The notes under the pieces are model-generated. The model was not told the DNA's origin. It saw only the letters and a program-made list of their open reading frames with translations, and searched no databases. Positions 1 to 8,317 of a DNA stretch of 64,000 nt are shown piece by piece. Location of the stretch: the IMG/VR virus record IMGVR_UViG_3300037091_000258; one strand, written 5' to 3'. Within the stretch, counting starts at the first letter, position 1; the number at the start of each line of letters is the position of its first letter. The stretch is from an uncultured virus (IMG/VR IMGVR_UViG_3300037091_000258). Lineage: Duplodnaviria > Heunggongvirae > Uroviricota > Caudoviricetes. Made by a program: the position numbers and the translations under genes.

Positions 1-3
1 AAC

Positions 4-285
4 ATGTTCACCAAGAAACAACTGACAATTCTACTACTTAAAGGTGCAATTTGTAGTGATTGTATAAAATCGATGAATAGTGAATACTTGATTGATAATT
101 CCTTTTGTATTCATAAACATCCAATGACGGTAGACAGCTTTGGATTAATTCGATTTGCGTTTGCTGATGGCAATTATTGTATAGACGAATTGGTAAGAGA
201 TAAAAAATTAGATTATAGACATACTGACCACTCAGAGATTAATAGAATATTTGAAAAATATTTTCCTGAATTGAAACACTTATAG
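4..285 (+). CDS. hypothetical protein (Cys/His-containing)
   Basis: 93-aa ORF with CxxC; sits at the window edge; no family recognised. Confidence 0.5.
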   Translation: MFTKKQLTILLLKGAICSDCIKSMNSEYLIDNSFCIHKHPMTVDSFGLIRFAFADGNYCIDELVRDKKLDYRHTDHSEINRIFEKYFPELKHL

Positions 286-293
286 GAGCTAAG

Positions 294-485
294 ATGGAAA
301 ATAAATATGGCATTCTCCCTTACGCTTTTGAAGAAATGAACTCTGAAGTATTTGCAGCTGCTGAAAAAGAGTGGGGCATAGTAATAATCAAGAGAAGAGA
401 TTTTACAAAACTTTCTATTTTACAAAAAGAATTAGTTTACGTCGAAGCCGATAAGATTATACAGGCGTCAGAGTATTTACAGTAA
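294..485 (+). CDS. hypothetical protein
   Basis: 63-aa ORF preceded by AGGAG RBS. Confidence 0.55.
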   Translation: MENKYGILPYAFEEMNSEVFAAAEKEWGIVIIKRRDFTKLSILQKELVYVEADKIIQASEYLQ

Positions 486-804
486 TTCCCGCCAAATCAG
501 GACTGTCTGTTAAATAAGCAGTCACGTAATAAGTAAAGCCACCGCTCGGCATTTGAACTGCCCAACTACCATTTGAGCCTGAAGTGGTAGTAGCTGTTAG
601 TATATTTGTGTCAGTTCTAAATACATTAACTGTAGCATTAGAAACTACCATACCAGTTATAGTATAAGTAAAACCCGCTAACGTCCAAGTATGAGAGGCA
701 TTATCTCCAGAGTGGATTGGGCCCTGGACAGGAACAAATCGTTGAGGCCGAAAAGGGCCCTGCCCAGGCCAAGAGTGGGTTCTAAATACGCGGGTCAATA
801 CCAT
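457..804 (-). CDS. putative virion protein with carboxypeptidase-regulatory-like beta-sandwich
   Basis: G..VSNATVNVF...TTTSGSNGSW pattern; start overlaps the stop of the upstream minus-strand gene. Confidence 0.55.
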   Translation of the reverse strand: MVLTRVFRTHSWPGQGPFRPQRFVPVQGPIHSGDNASHTWTLAGFTYTITGMVVSNATVNVFRTDTNILTATTTSGSNGSWAVQMPSGGFTYYVTAYLTDSPDLAGITVNTLTPV

Positions 805-1367
805 TAGTTAGATGCCTCTAATACATAATCTAATAGAGTAATAGCGTTACCAGCGTTGTTTACGCTGAATTGGGCAAATAAGTTAGCCTGCTGAGTAGTA
901 GTAGCGTCCCATCCTGCGCTAACTGCTGGAGCAGAAGTTGGGAACACAATAGAGCCAGAACCACCTGTTCCTGGGACTAGTGAGCCTACATAGCTCTCTG
1001 ATTGGAATGTTCCAAAGAATATGTTATTGGTACTTGTTCCTGAACCTAACGCCCTTACAGTACCAGTCATCTCCAATTGCCAAGAGACGTTAGTTTTAGC
1101 TACAGCATTCATTTGTAAAGCACCGCTAGTGCAAACTACTACTGCACCAAATTGAAAGTTAAAAGTTATTGTGCCAGGCGTAGTAACTATATTGCTCATT
1201 TGGCCATATGCCTTGAGATGCCACTTCTGTCCTATAAAAGAGAAAAAGTTTGCAGGAAAAGTGAATAGAGCCGAAGTCGGCAATATAGTAGTATTTGCAG
1301 TTGAGGCTGAAAGTGTTGTTCCAGCGGTCTGAGCTGTAGTTACAGCTTGCATCCAAGATTGATTCAT
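804..1367 (-). CDS. putative virion structural protein (T/S/G-rich, beta)
   Basis: 187-aa ORF with AAGGAG RBS and an AAGATAACT motif on the minus strand. Confidence 0.65.
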   Translation of the reverse strand: MNQSWMQAVTTAQTAGTTLSASTANTTILPTSALFTFPANFFSFIGQKWHLKAYGQMSNIVTTPGTITFNFQFGAVVVCTSGALQMNAVAKTNVSWQLEMTGTVRALGSGTSTNNIFFGTFQSESYVGSLVPGTGGSGSIVFPTSAPAVSAGWDATTTQQANLFAQFSVNNAGNAITLLDYVLEASN

Positions 1368-1384
1368 AGTTTAATTCTCCTTGG

Positions 1385-1393
1385 AGTTATCTT
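1385..1393 (-). promoter_or_regulatory. putative late promoter (AAGATAA class)
   Basis: AAGATAACT on the minus strand just upstream of the RBS of the only minus-strand operon. Confidence 0.65.
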
Positions 1394-1429
1394 TCGATGC
1401 AATGTAGTAAATTTCTCAGCTCTTTTTCT

Positions 1430-1439
1430 CAAGTTAATA
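1430..1439 (+). promoter_or_regulatory. putative late promoter (CAAGTTAATA variant)
   Basis: one mismatch to CAAGATAA; ATG follows at 1444 with no SD. Confidence 0.5.
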
Positions 1440-1443
1440 ATAA

Positions 1444-3975
1444 ATGCCTACGACTACTACTTGGATCTACACTACACAAACTAATACTGGATGGACTAAT
1501 GGCCCGAGAGCAGTAGATAATACTGGTGGAACTTTTGCAACTATTAGTATCGGCCCTCCTAACGGACTGCATACTACTACTCCTATAACTACTAGCGCTG
1601 GCAATTTTACAACAGCTCAACTACCTACGCCGACAGTTATACAATTGGGAATTCAAGGATTAACGGCTAACACAGCCAACTGTCAACCCAGAGTAATACC
1701 ACTTTTCAACGGCGTTACAGCTGGTGCAACTTATACTGTAACTTGGGCATTGGCAGAAACTACTGTTTTTGTAGATGTGACCAATGATGCTGCTGGCCCC
1801 GGTTCTGGTAACTGGACTTGGGCAGATGTTGACGCTCTTGAGTCGCGGGTTATAGGAAACCGAGTAGCCGGTACTACAACTCTATCGTTAGACCAATTTT
1901 TTATTCAAGTTACTTACAACGATCCACCAGATCCTACAGGTGGAGGAACTTTTTCTGGTTCAGGCATTACTTCATATACACCTAACTATAAGTATACAGC
2001 CGATGAAGGTTTTGGTAGCAGTAATGTAACTCTACATAATGTTTCAAATTACGTTAGTGGAAGTATAATAGTTTATCTTTATTCAACAGCGGACGTCAAT
2101 CTTATAGCTTTTGGATCTGCACTTACGCAACAATTTTCTATAAATGCTGAAGTTTCTGGTGGAGCTGTACTTTCAGGAGCTGTTACTAACAATGTAGTTG
2201 ATATAGTAGCTACTGTTCAAAGTGGCACAGCTCATCTATCGGGTACAGCTACAACACAAGTCAATGTTATATATACAGCCTCAGGCACAGCCCACTTAAG
2301 TGGAGCTGTAACAGCTACATTAAATTTCTCTTACACAGCCTCAGGTACAGCCCATCTAAGTGGAACTGTTACTACTCAAGTCAATGTTATATATACAGCC
2401 TCAGGTACAGCCCACTTAAGTGGAACTGTTACTACTCAAGTCAATGTTATATATACAGCTTCAGGTACAGCTGTATTAAGCGGTTCAGCTAATTATTCTC
2501 ACGGCGCTGATTTTAGTTATACTGGTACGGGAACTGCTGTATTATCAGGTCATATTACAGCTACATTAAACTTCTCCTACACAGCCTCAGGCACGGCTCA
2601 CTTAAGTGGAACTGTTACTACTCAAGTCAATGTTATATATACGGCCTCAGGTACAGCTCATCTTTCAGGAACAGTTACAGCTACATTAAACTTCTCTTAC
2701 ACAGCTTCAGGCACAGCTCATCTTTCAGGAACAGTTACAGCTACATTAAATTTTTCCTATACGGCCTCAGGCACAGCTCATCTTTCGGGAACTGTTATTA
2801 ATAATGTAGTCGATATAGTAGCTACTGTTCAAAGTGGAACAGCTATATTATCAGGAACAGTCACAGCCACACCGGACTTCTCTTATGCAGCATCTGGTAC
2901 AGCTACACTATCAGGAGCTGCCGACCATACAATAGTATTCAGTTATACAGCTAGCGGTACAGCCCATCTATCAGGAGCTGCTATAACATCTTTTACTCCG
3001 ACTGCTGTATATGTCGCATCAGGAACAGCTATATTTTCTGGTAGCGCCAACCATACAATAGTGTTTTCTTATACAGCCACGGGAACAGTTATATTAAGTG
3101 GGACAGTTACAACACAAGTCAATGTTATATATATAGCGTCAGGCACGGCCCATCTATCAGGGGCAGCTATAACATCTGCAGAGCCAGCTTTCACATATAC
3201 CGCTTCGGGTACTGCAATATTATCGGGAGCAGCTAATTTTAGTTTCCCTGGTCAATTCCATTATATTGCATCAGGAACTGCAAATCTATCAGGAACTGCA
3301 ATTACCCAGGTTAACGTTATATATATCGCCTCAGGTACGGCCCGTTTATCAGGTGCTGTAACTACACAGGTTATTGTTATATATATTGCTTCGGGTACAG
3401 CCATATTATCTGGAACTGCAATGGAACAGGAAAGTTTTTCTTATACAGCTTCAGGTACAACAATACTCTTAGGAACTGTAACAGCTACATTAAACTTTAG
3501 ATACACAGCTTCAGGTACTGCCCATCTATCGGGCCATGTCACAGCGGAGTTAAATTTCTCTTACACAGCTTCAGGCACGGCCCATCTATCTGGGGCTGCT
3601 ATAACTAGTAACTTAAGAAACTACTTCTATACTGGCTCTGGAACTGTAGTCTTATCAGGGTCAGTCAATTTTAGTTTCCCTGGTCAATTCCATTATATTG
3701 CTTCGGGCGATATATTCATGTCAGGTACAGTTGAAGCCAAATTGGAATTTTCTTACACAGCTGCAGGTACGGCAATATTAAGTGGTACAACTATACGAGT
3801 AGTCAATATAATTTACACAGTTGTACCATCTACTATGAATTTGTTTGGGGCTGCAATTACTAGCGGTACCAAGTTTATAGTTTATACTAACCCAATTGTA
3901 GGCTCCATGTTGGCCTTTGCTCCACCTGCAAAAGTTGCTGTTAGAGCTTTTTTCACGATAGTCCCTAACAGTTAA
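1444..3975 (+). CDS. repeat-rich virion fibre/surface protein
   Basis: 843 aa; N-terminal beta domain followed by roughly 28 units of YTASGTAHLSG-type repeats. Confidence 0.8.
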   Translation: MPTTTTWIYTTQTNTGWTNGPRAVDNTGGTFATISIGPPNGLHTTTPITTSAGNFTTAQLPTPTVIQLGIQGLTANTANCQPRVIPLFNGVTAGATYTVTWALAETTVFVDVTNDAAGPGSGNWTWADVDALESRVIGNRVAGTTTLSLDQFFIQVTYNDPPDPTGGGTFSGSGITSYTPNYKYTADEGFGSSNVTLHNVSNYVSGSIIVYLYSTADVNLIAFGSALTQQFSINAEVSGGAVLSGAVTNNVVDIVATVQSGTAHLSGTATTQVNVIYTASGTAHLSGAVTATLNFSYTASGTAHLSGTVTTQVNVIYTASGTAHLSGTVTTQVNVIYTASGTAVLSGSANYSHGADFSYTGTGTAVLSGHITATLNFSYTASGTAHLSGTVTTQVNVIYTASGTAHLSGTVTATLNFSYTASGTAHLSGTVTATLNFSYTASGTAHLSGTVINNVVDIVATVQSGTAILSGTVTATPDFSYAASGTATLSGAADHTIVFSYTASGTAHLSGAAITSFTPTAVYVASGTAIFSGSANHTIVFSYTATGTVILSGTVTTQVNVIYIASGTAHLSGAAITSAEPAFTYTASGTAILSGAANFSFPGQFHYIASGTANLSGTAITQVNVIYIASGTARLSGAVTTQVIVIYIASGTAILSGTAMEQESFSYTASGTTILLGTVTATLNFRYTASGTAHLSGHVTAELNFSYTASGTAHLSGAAITSNLRNYFYTGSGTVVLSGSVNFSFPGQFHYIASGDIFMSGTVEAKLEFSYTAAGTAILSGTTIRVVNIIYTVVPSTMNLFGAAITSGTKFIVYTNPIVGSMLAFAPPAKVAVRAFFTIVPNS
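2130..3880 (+). repeat. coding tandem repeat, about 60-nt (20-24 aa) unit
   Basis: TCAGG(C/T)ACAG recurs at 2281, 2341, 2401 and 2461; translation YTASGTAHLSGTVT. Confidence 0.9.
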
Positions 3976-3985
3976 TAGGAACGAT

Positions 3986-4429
3986 ATGAATTACATTTAT
4001 ATAGCGTCTGGAATATTAAAATTTGATACTGGGGCTAATTGGCAATTTAATGGTATTGAAACAATAAGAGCATATACTGTATCCAGCGATAGTACTAAAT
4101 TTTCGGGCGAAGCTATAACTATTAAGTTCACAGCTAGCTATATTTATTTAGGCACAGGAACTGCTCATGTTTCTGGTACAGCTTCCAATATAGATATAGG
4201 TTATATCTATATTGTAATACCTGCTGCTGGAACTAGACTTGGCGGAGCTGCTATCTATTCTTTTAAAAACTTTCAAGCAAATTTTAATTATTTCGCATTT
4301 GGAAAAATCGTTCTATGGAATACTGGTGTAGATGTAGAACAAATTAGATATTTTGGAAATGTGTATACTCGATTCGGACCGATCATATCTCCGTTAGTGA
4401 ATAACAATCAGCCTTTTACTATTAATTAG
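3986..4429 (+). CDS. short protein with degenerate YxASG repeats (related to upstream gene)
   Basis: YIYIASG, YIYLGTGTAHVSGTA and YSF units. Confidence 0.65.
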   Translation: MNYIYIASGILKFDTGANWQFNGIETIRAYTVSSDSTKFSGEAITIKFTASYIYLGTGTAHVSGTASNIDIGYIYIVIPAAGTRLGGAAIYSFKNFQANFNYFAFGKIVLWNTGVDVEQIRYFGNVYTRFGPIISPLVNNNQPFTIN

Positions 4430-4430
4430 C

Positions 4431-4440
4431 AAAGATAATA
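4431..4440 (+). promoter_or_regulatory. putative late promoter, leaderless
   Basis: AAAGATAATA; ATG 11 nt after the first A of AAG; no SD. Confidence 0.6.
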
Positions 4441-4442
4441 GT

Positions 4443-6023
4443 ATGGCTAGAGTATATATTGGTCAAACTGCTCTACAAATAAGGCTTAATTTAAATCAGA
4501 ACATTACTGACGCCTACAAAAGAATTTTGATAAAGTATAAAAAACCAAATGGCGTTAGAGGTTTTTGGGAAGCCGATGTTTTAGATCCCAGTATTGGCTT
4601 GATTGCTTTCAATATGGATCCAAATAAAGATGGATTTACGGACATAGGCTATTGGATGGTTTGGGCCCACATTTATTTTAAAGACGGTTCAGAGATAGCA
4701 GGCGAAAGAGTTCAAATAGGCGTTTATCAACAAGGTAAAACTTATGTAGCTTTTCCGTATGGCCAATTTTCTAGCGTTGGAGAGGATACAATAATGGCAC
4801 AAGAAGCTTTTGAAATTATATACAACAATTCAGAATCAGCTTTAGCAGCAACAAACGTTCAAGACGCGATAGACGAAGTTAAGTCTGATGTAGATCACGT
4901 AACTATACCTGACGCTGCCCAAATATCTTATAACAATTCTAGCTCTCACTTACCAGCTATTGATGTACAATCGGCAATAGATTTAATAGACCAAACTATT
5001 GATAGAAGTTTAGCTCTAGTATCTAGTACTGACGGAACTATTTACATTGATCCCAATAGAACGGATAATTATGTACCAACTGGTAATGTTCTGACACCTT
5101 TCAAAAGCATTGCAGCAGCTTTAATAAATATACCTTCTGGATCTTCTATATCGCTTGCTCCTTTTACTTATTTTGAAAATGTTGCATTACCCGATGGTGT
5201 AAGTATGTTTGGAACAGAGCCAACTTTTACTATCATAAGCGGCGATATATCTACTGGAAACTATTTTACATTATTATCTAACTTTACACAGCGAGGCAGA
5301 CTAACTACTTTTGGAACAGCAGTAGTCTCGAGCGTAGTAGTTAATGGAAACGTAGTAGTCAATGGGGATTTTGATAGTTCTGATTTTTCGATATTCCCCA
5401 CTAATGGGGTGCCATTAACTGTTAACACTGGTAATTGTAGTTTACACTTCGTAAGAACTACTGCTATAGATAATTCCTCTTCTATAATCCAACATGGTGG
5501 CGTCATACAATTTTCCTTTTGCCAAGCAAATAACAACAGTCCTGTTAACGCTACTATATTTTCCGATGGTGGTATAATAAGAACAATTTCAACTACTGCA
5601 ATAAATATTGGTGGCGGACCATCATTAAATATAGATAATGACGGTAGTTTAATATCGCCAAATGAGTTAACAGCTGTAGATTTTGTCGGCCGCATAGAAG
5701 CCGGTGATGCCTATACAATAGTAGAGCTTATTCACTTTGCTGTGCCAACTACAATAAGTGGTACTAATATAATATTAAGACCAGCATCATTTATAGCATA
5801 TGATACTAGTAATACACATCTGCCTTTACCAAACATAGATCCTGGGGCTCCAGCTTTTAATACCACTGTTCAAACAGCAATAGATTTTATATGGAGTTCT
5901 TGTAAAAGTGGTATAACAAATCCAGTTTATACGCCAATTAAAGCCCCAGAACTATATGTAAATACAGCTACAAATACTTTGTGGATATGGACAGGTACAT
6001 GGCACTTTGTCACACTAACTTAA
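4443..6023 (+). CDS. tail fibre/baseplate-like protein (BppU-like N-domain plus beta-helix)
   Basis: N-terminal IKYKKPNG..G.W.A domain, ATNVQDAIDE repeats, TGN..TPFKSIAAA motif and beta-helix-like body. Confidence 0.7.
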   Translation: MARVYIGQTALQIRLNLNQNITDAYKRILIKYKKPNGVRGFWEADVLDPSIGLIAFNMDPNKDGFTDIGYWMVWAHIYFKDGSEIAGERVQIGVYQQGKTYVAFPYGQFSSVGEDTIMAQEAFEIIYNNSESALAATNVQDAIDEVKSDVDHVTIPDAAQISYNNSSSHLPAIDVQSAIDLIDQTIDRSLALVSSTDGTIYIDPNRTDNYVPTGNVLTPFKSIAAALINIPSGSSISLAPFTYFENVALPDGVSMFGTEPTFTIISGDISTGNYFTLLSNFTQRGRLTTFGTAVVSSVVVNGNVVVNGDFDSSDFSIFPTNGVPLTVNTGNCSLHFVRTTAIDNSSSIIQHGGVIQFSFCQANNNSPVNATIFSDGGIIRTISTTAINIGGGPSLNIDNDGSLISPNELTAVDFVGRIEAGDAYTIVELIHFAVPTTISGTNIILRPASFIAYDTSNTHLPLPNIDPGAPAFNTTVQTAIDFIWSSCKSGITNPVYTPIKAPELYVNTATNTLWIWTGTWHFVTLT

Positions 6024-6024
6024 T

Positions 6025-6384
6025 ATGGCAAAAATATATGTAGGTCAGACGGCTTTACAAATAAGGTTAAATCTCAATCAAGACATTTCTAATGTTTATA
6101 ATCGTGTCCTGATAAGATTTAAAAAACCTAATGGCATTATGGGATTTTGGCCAGCTGAAGTATTAGATCCAATCTGTGGAATAGTAGCTTACACAATTCC
6201 ACCCGGAGGTATGGATTTAACTGACTCTGGACTTTGGATGGTTTGGCCCTATGTTTATTTTAAAGATGGATCAATTACAGTTGGCGACCCGACACAATTA
6301 GAGGTATTTGAAGAAGGAGAAAGTTATATAGCTTATCCTTATGGTCAAGTTTCAAGCATAGGAGAAGGTGAGGTTCAACAATAA
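6025..6384 (+). CDS. BppU-like baseplate/adaptor domain, paralogue of 4443 N-terminus
   Basis: MAKIYVGQTALQIRLNLNQ versus MARVYIGQTALQIRLNLNQ. Confidence 0.8.
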   Translation: MAKIYVGQTALQIRLNLNQDISNVYNRVLIRFKKPNGIMGFWPAEVLDPICGIVAYTIPPGGMDLTDSGLWMVWPYVYFKDGSITVGDPTQLEVFEEGESYIAYPYGQVSSIGEGEVQQ

Positions 6385-7619
6385 TGGCAACATTTACACC
6401 CCAAGAAGCTTTTGAAATAGCTTACAATAATAGCGTATCACACTTAATATCTACTAACGTTCAAGATGCTGTTGACGAACTTAAATCAGACATAAACGGT
6501 ATAACTCCAGCTGATGCATCTCATGTTCCATATAGTAATGCCGTCTCTCATTTACCAGTCACTAACGTTCAGCAAGCAATAGACACACTCCATAGTAATG
6601 ATGCATTTCAAACAGCGTTACTAGCTAACACTAATGGTGTATTATATGTAAATCCAGCAAGAACTGACCCATATCAACCAACTGGTAATATCAACATGCC
6701 TTTCAAAAGCATATCTGCTGCTATCAATGCATCATCGTCTGGCTATCTTTTATTTTTAGCACCCTTCACTTATTACGAAAATGTATTTTTGCCAGATGGA
6801 GTAAGTATAACTGGAACAGAGACTACATTTACAGTAATAACTGGTGATGTTAGAACTGGTAACTATGTAAGCGCTGTGTCTAATTTAACCGTAAACGGTA
6901 GTCTAACTACATTTGGCGATAGCGATCTTGATTCGGTGACAGTAAATGGAAATGTTATAGTCAATGGGCGACTGGATACAGAAGAATTAGTAGTAACAGC
7001 AGCTATTGGCGCCCCTCTAACTATAAACGCCTCAGCGGGTACTGAAGAAGTTAATTTACATTTTGCCGTTTTCAATACGGGCGATGCTTCTTCATGTATA
7101 ATTCAACACGGCGGTTTATTAAGAACTTCATTTGCTTTCTTTAAAAATAATAGTCTTACTGCCCCATGTCTCTTGTCCGATAATGGATCTTTTAGAATAA
7201 TAAGTTCTAATTTCCTCAACGTTGGTGGTGGACTTTCCATAAGTGGCAATAATGGATCTACGATAAGTAGCCCTAACGTTTTAGCAGATCAAGTTATACA
7301 GGGTAATGCAGTTTTAGGAGATGCTTTTACTTATTTGGAAGCTATACACTTTGTAGGAGCTTCAACTATAACTGGCTCTCAGATAGTAACAAGACCAGCT
7401 ACTTTGATAAGTTATAACGTTGCTAACACTGGTATTCCTTTAGTGTATCCTAATCAAACAGTTCAAGCAGCTATTGATTATACTTATTCTAGTTCGAAGA
7501 GCGGCATTACAGATCCAACATACACGCCTGTTAGAGCTCCAGAATACTTCTTTAATACTGTCAATCATAAGCTTTGGATTTGGGATGGTACAGGTTGGCA
7601 TTACACAACATTGACATAA
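6384..7619 (+). CDS. tail fibre-like beta-helix protein, paralogue of 4443 C-terminus
   Basis: QEAFEIAYNNS...TNVQDAVDE, PFKSISAA, and C-terminal KSGITDPTYTP..APE shared with 4443. Confidence 0.8.
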   Translation: MATFTPQEAFEIAYNNSVSHLISTNVQDAVDELKSDINGITPADASHVPYSNAVSHLPVTNVQQAIDTLHSNDAFQTALLANTNGVLYVNPARTDPYQPTGNINMPFKSISAAINASSSGYLLFLAPFTYYENVFLPDGVSITGTETTFTVITGDVRTGNYVSAVSNLTVNGSLTTFGDSDLDSVTVNGNVIVNGRLDTEELVVTAAIGAPLTINASAGTEEVNLHFAVFNTGDASSCIIQHGGLLRTSFAFFKNNSLTAPCLLSDNGSFRIISSNFLNVGGGLSISGNNGSTISSPNVLADQVIQGNAVLGDAFTYLEAIHFVGASTITGSQIVTRPATLISYNVANTGIPLVYPNQTVQAAIDYTYSSSKSGITDPTYTPVRAPEYFFNTVNHKLWIWDGTGWHYTTLT

Positions 7620-7626
7620 GATAACT
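7617..7626 (+). promoter_or_regulatory. putative late promoter
   Basis: TAAGATAACT followed by GGAGG RBS. Confidence 0.6.
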
Positions 7627-7647
7627 ATACATTTGGAGGATTTTTAA

Positions 7648-8304
7648 ATGGCAGAAACTTTAGTTTTTTCTTCTCAGGGTCTTACAGAAGCTTTGCAAGC
7701 TGCAGTAGGTACTAGGAATGCATTGACGTATACACTGACAGATATAAGCTTTATAGCTTTAGACAACTCTATTAATACGGCAGGTGGTAACTTTGTAACA
7801 GCTGGTTTTGCAGTAGGACAAATAATAAATGTCACAGGCAGTGTATCTAACAACATAATTGGCGGTCTAGTAGAAAGTGTCACAACTCTTAAAATCATAG
7901 TAGCTATTGTTACTTTAACTGATGAAAGCGACGCAAACAGTATTTCACTTCATACAACTACACCAGCTACGACTTGGATTGCCCATTTAGCGAGCGTAGG
8001 TCCAGTAACGCCTGGATTTACTGATACTGTGTCAAGCTATACAGAATCCACGGAAACGGGCTATGCCCCAGTTACATTAGCATACACAAACTATGTTTGG
8101 ACTGTACTTAATCCTAACGCAATTGGTACTTATGCCAACTTCTCTTATACTTTTACAGTAGCATTTGCAACAGTTACACACGTATTCATTACAGACAACA
8201 CTGGATTGATCCTAATTGGCGGTTCTAAGTTAACCACACCAAACGTATCAGGAACTGCTGGTGGAACGATAAATATCGACAGTTTAGCTTTTGCAATTAG
8301 TTAA
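7648..8304 (+). CDS. virion structural protein with inserted beta module
   Basis: TP..TDT..SYTE...GYAPVTL...W pattern common in phage tail proteins, interrupted by a TDISF..DNSINT module. Confidence 0.65.
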   Translation: MAETLVFSSQGLTEALQAAVGTRNALTYTLTDISFIALDNSINTAGGNFVTAGFAVGQIINVTGSVSNNIIGGLVESVTTLKIIVAIVTLTDESDANSISLHTTTPATTWIAHLASVGPVTPGFTDTVSSYTESTETGYAPVTLAYTNYVWTVLNPNAIGTYANFSYTFTVAFATVTHVFITDNTGLILIGGSKLTTPNVSGTAGGTINIDSLAFAIS

Positions 8305-8317
8305 TAGAAGAGGCTAA

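Noticed and set aside
2130..3880. Regular 60-nt repeats as a possible CRISPR array
   Set aside because: The repeats are in-frame coding units with synonymous variation and no unique spacers; no cas genes are present.
4443..7619. Duplicated fibre genes as a DGR template/variable repeat pair
   Set aside because: Divergence is spread over all bases rather than adenine-specific, and no reverse transcriptase is in the window.
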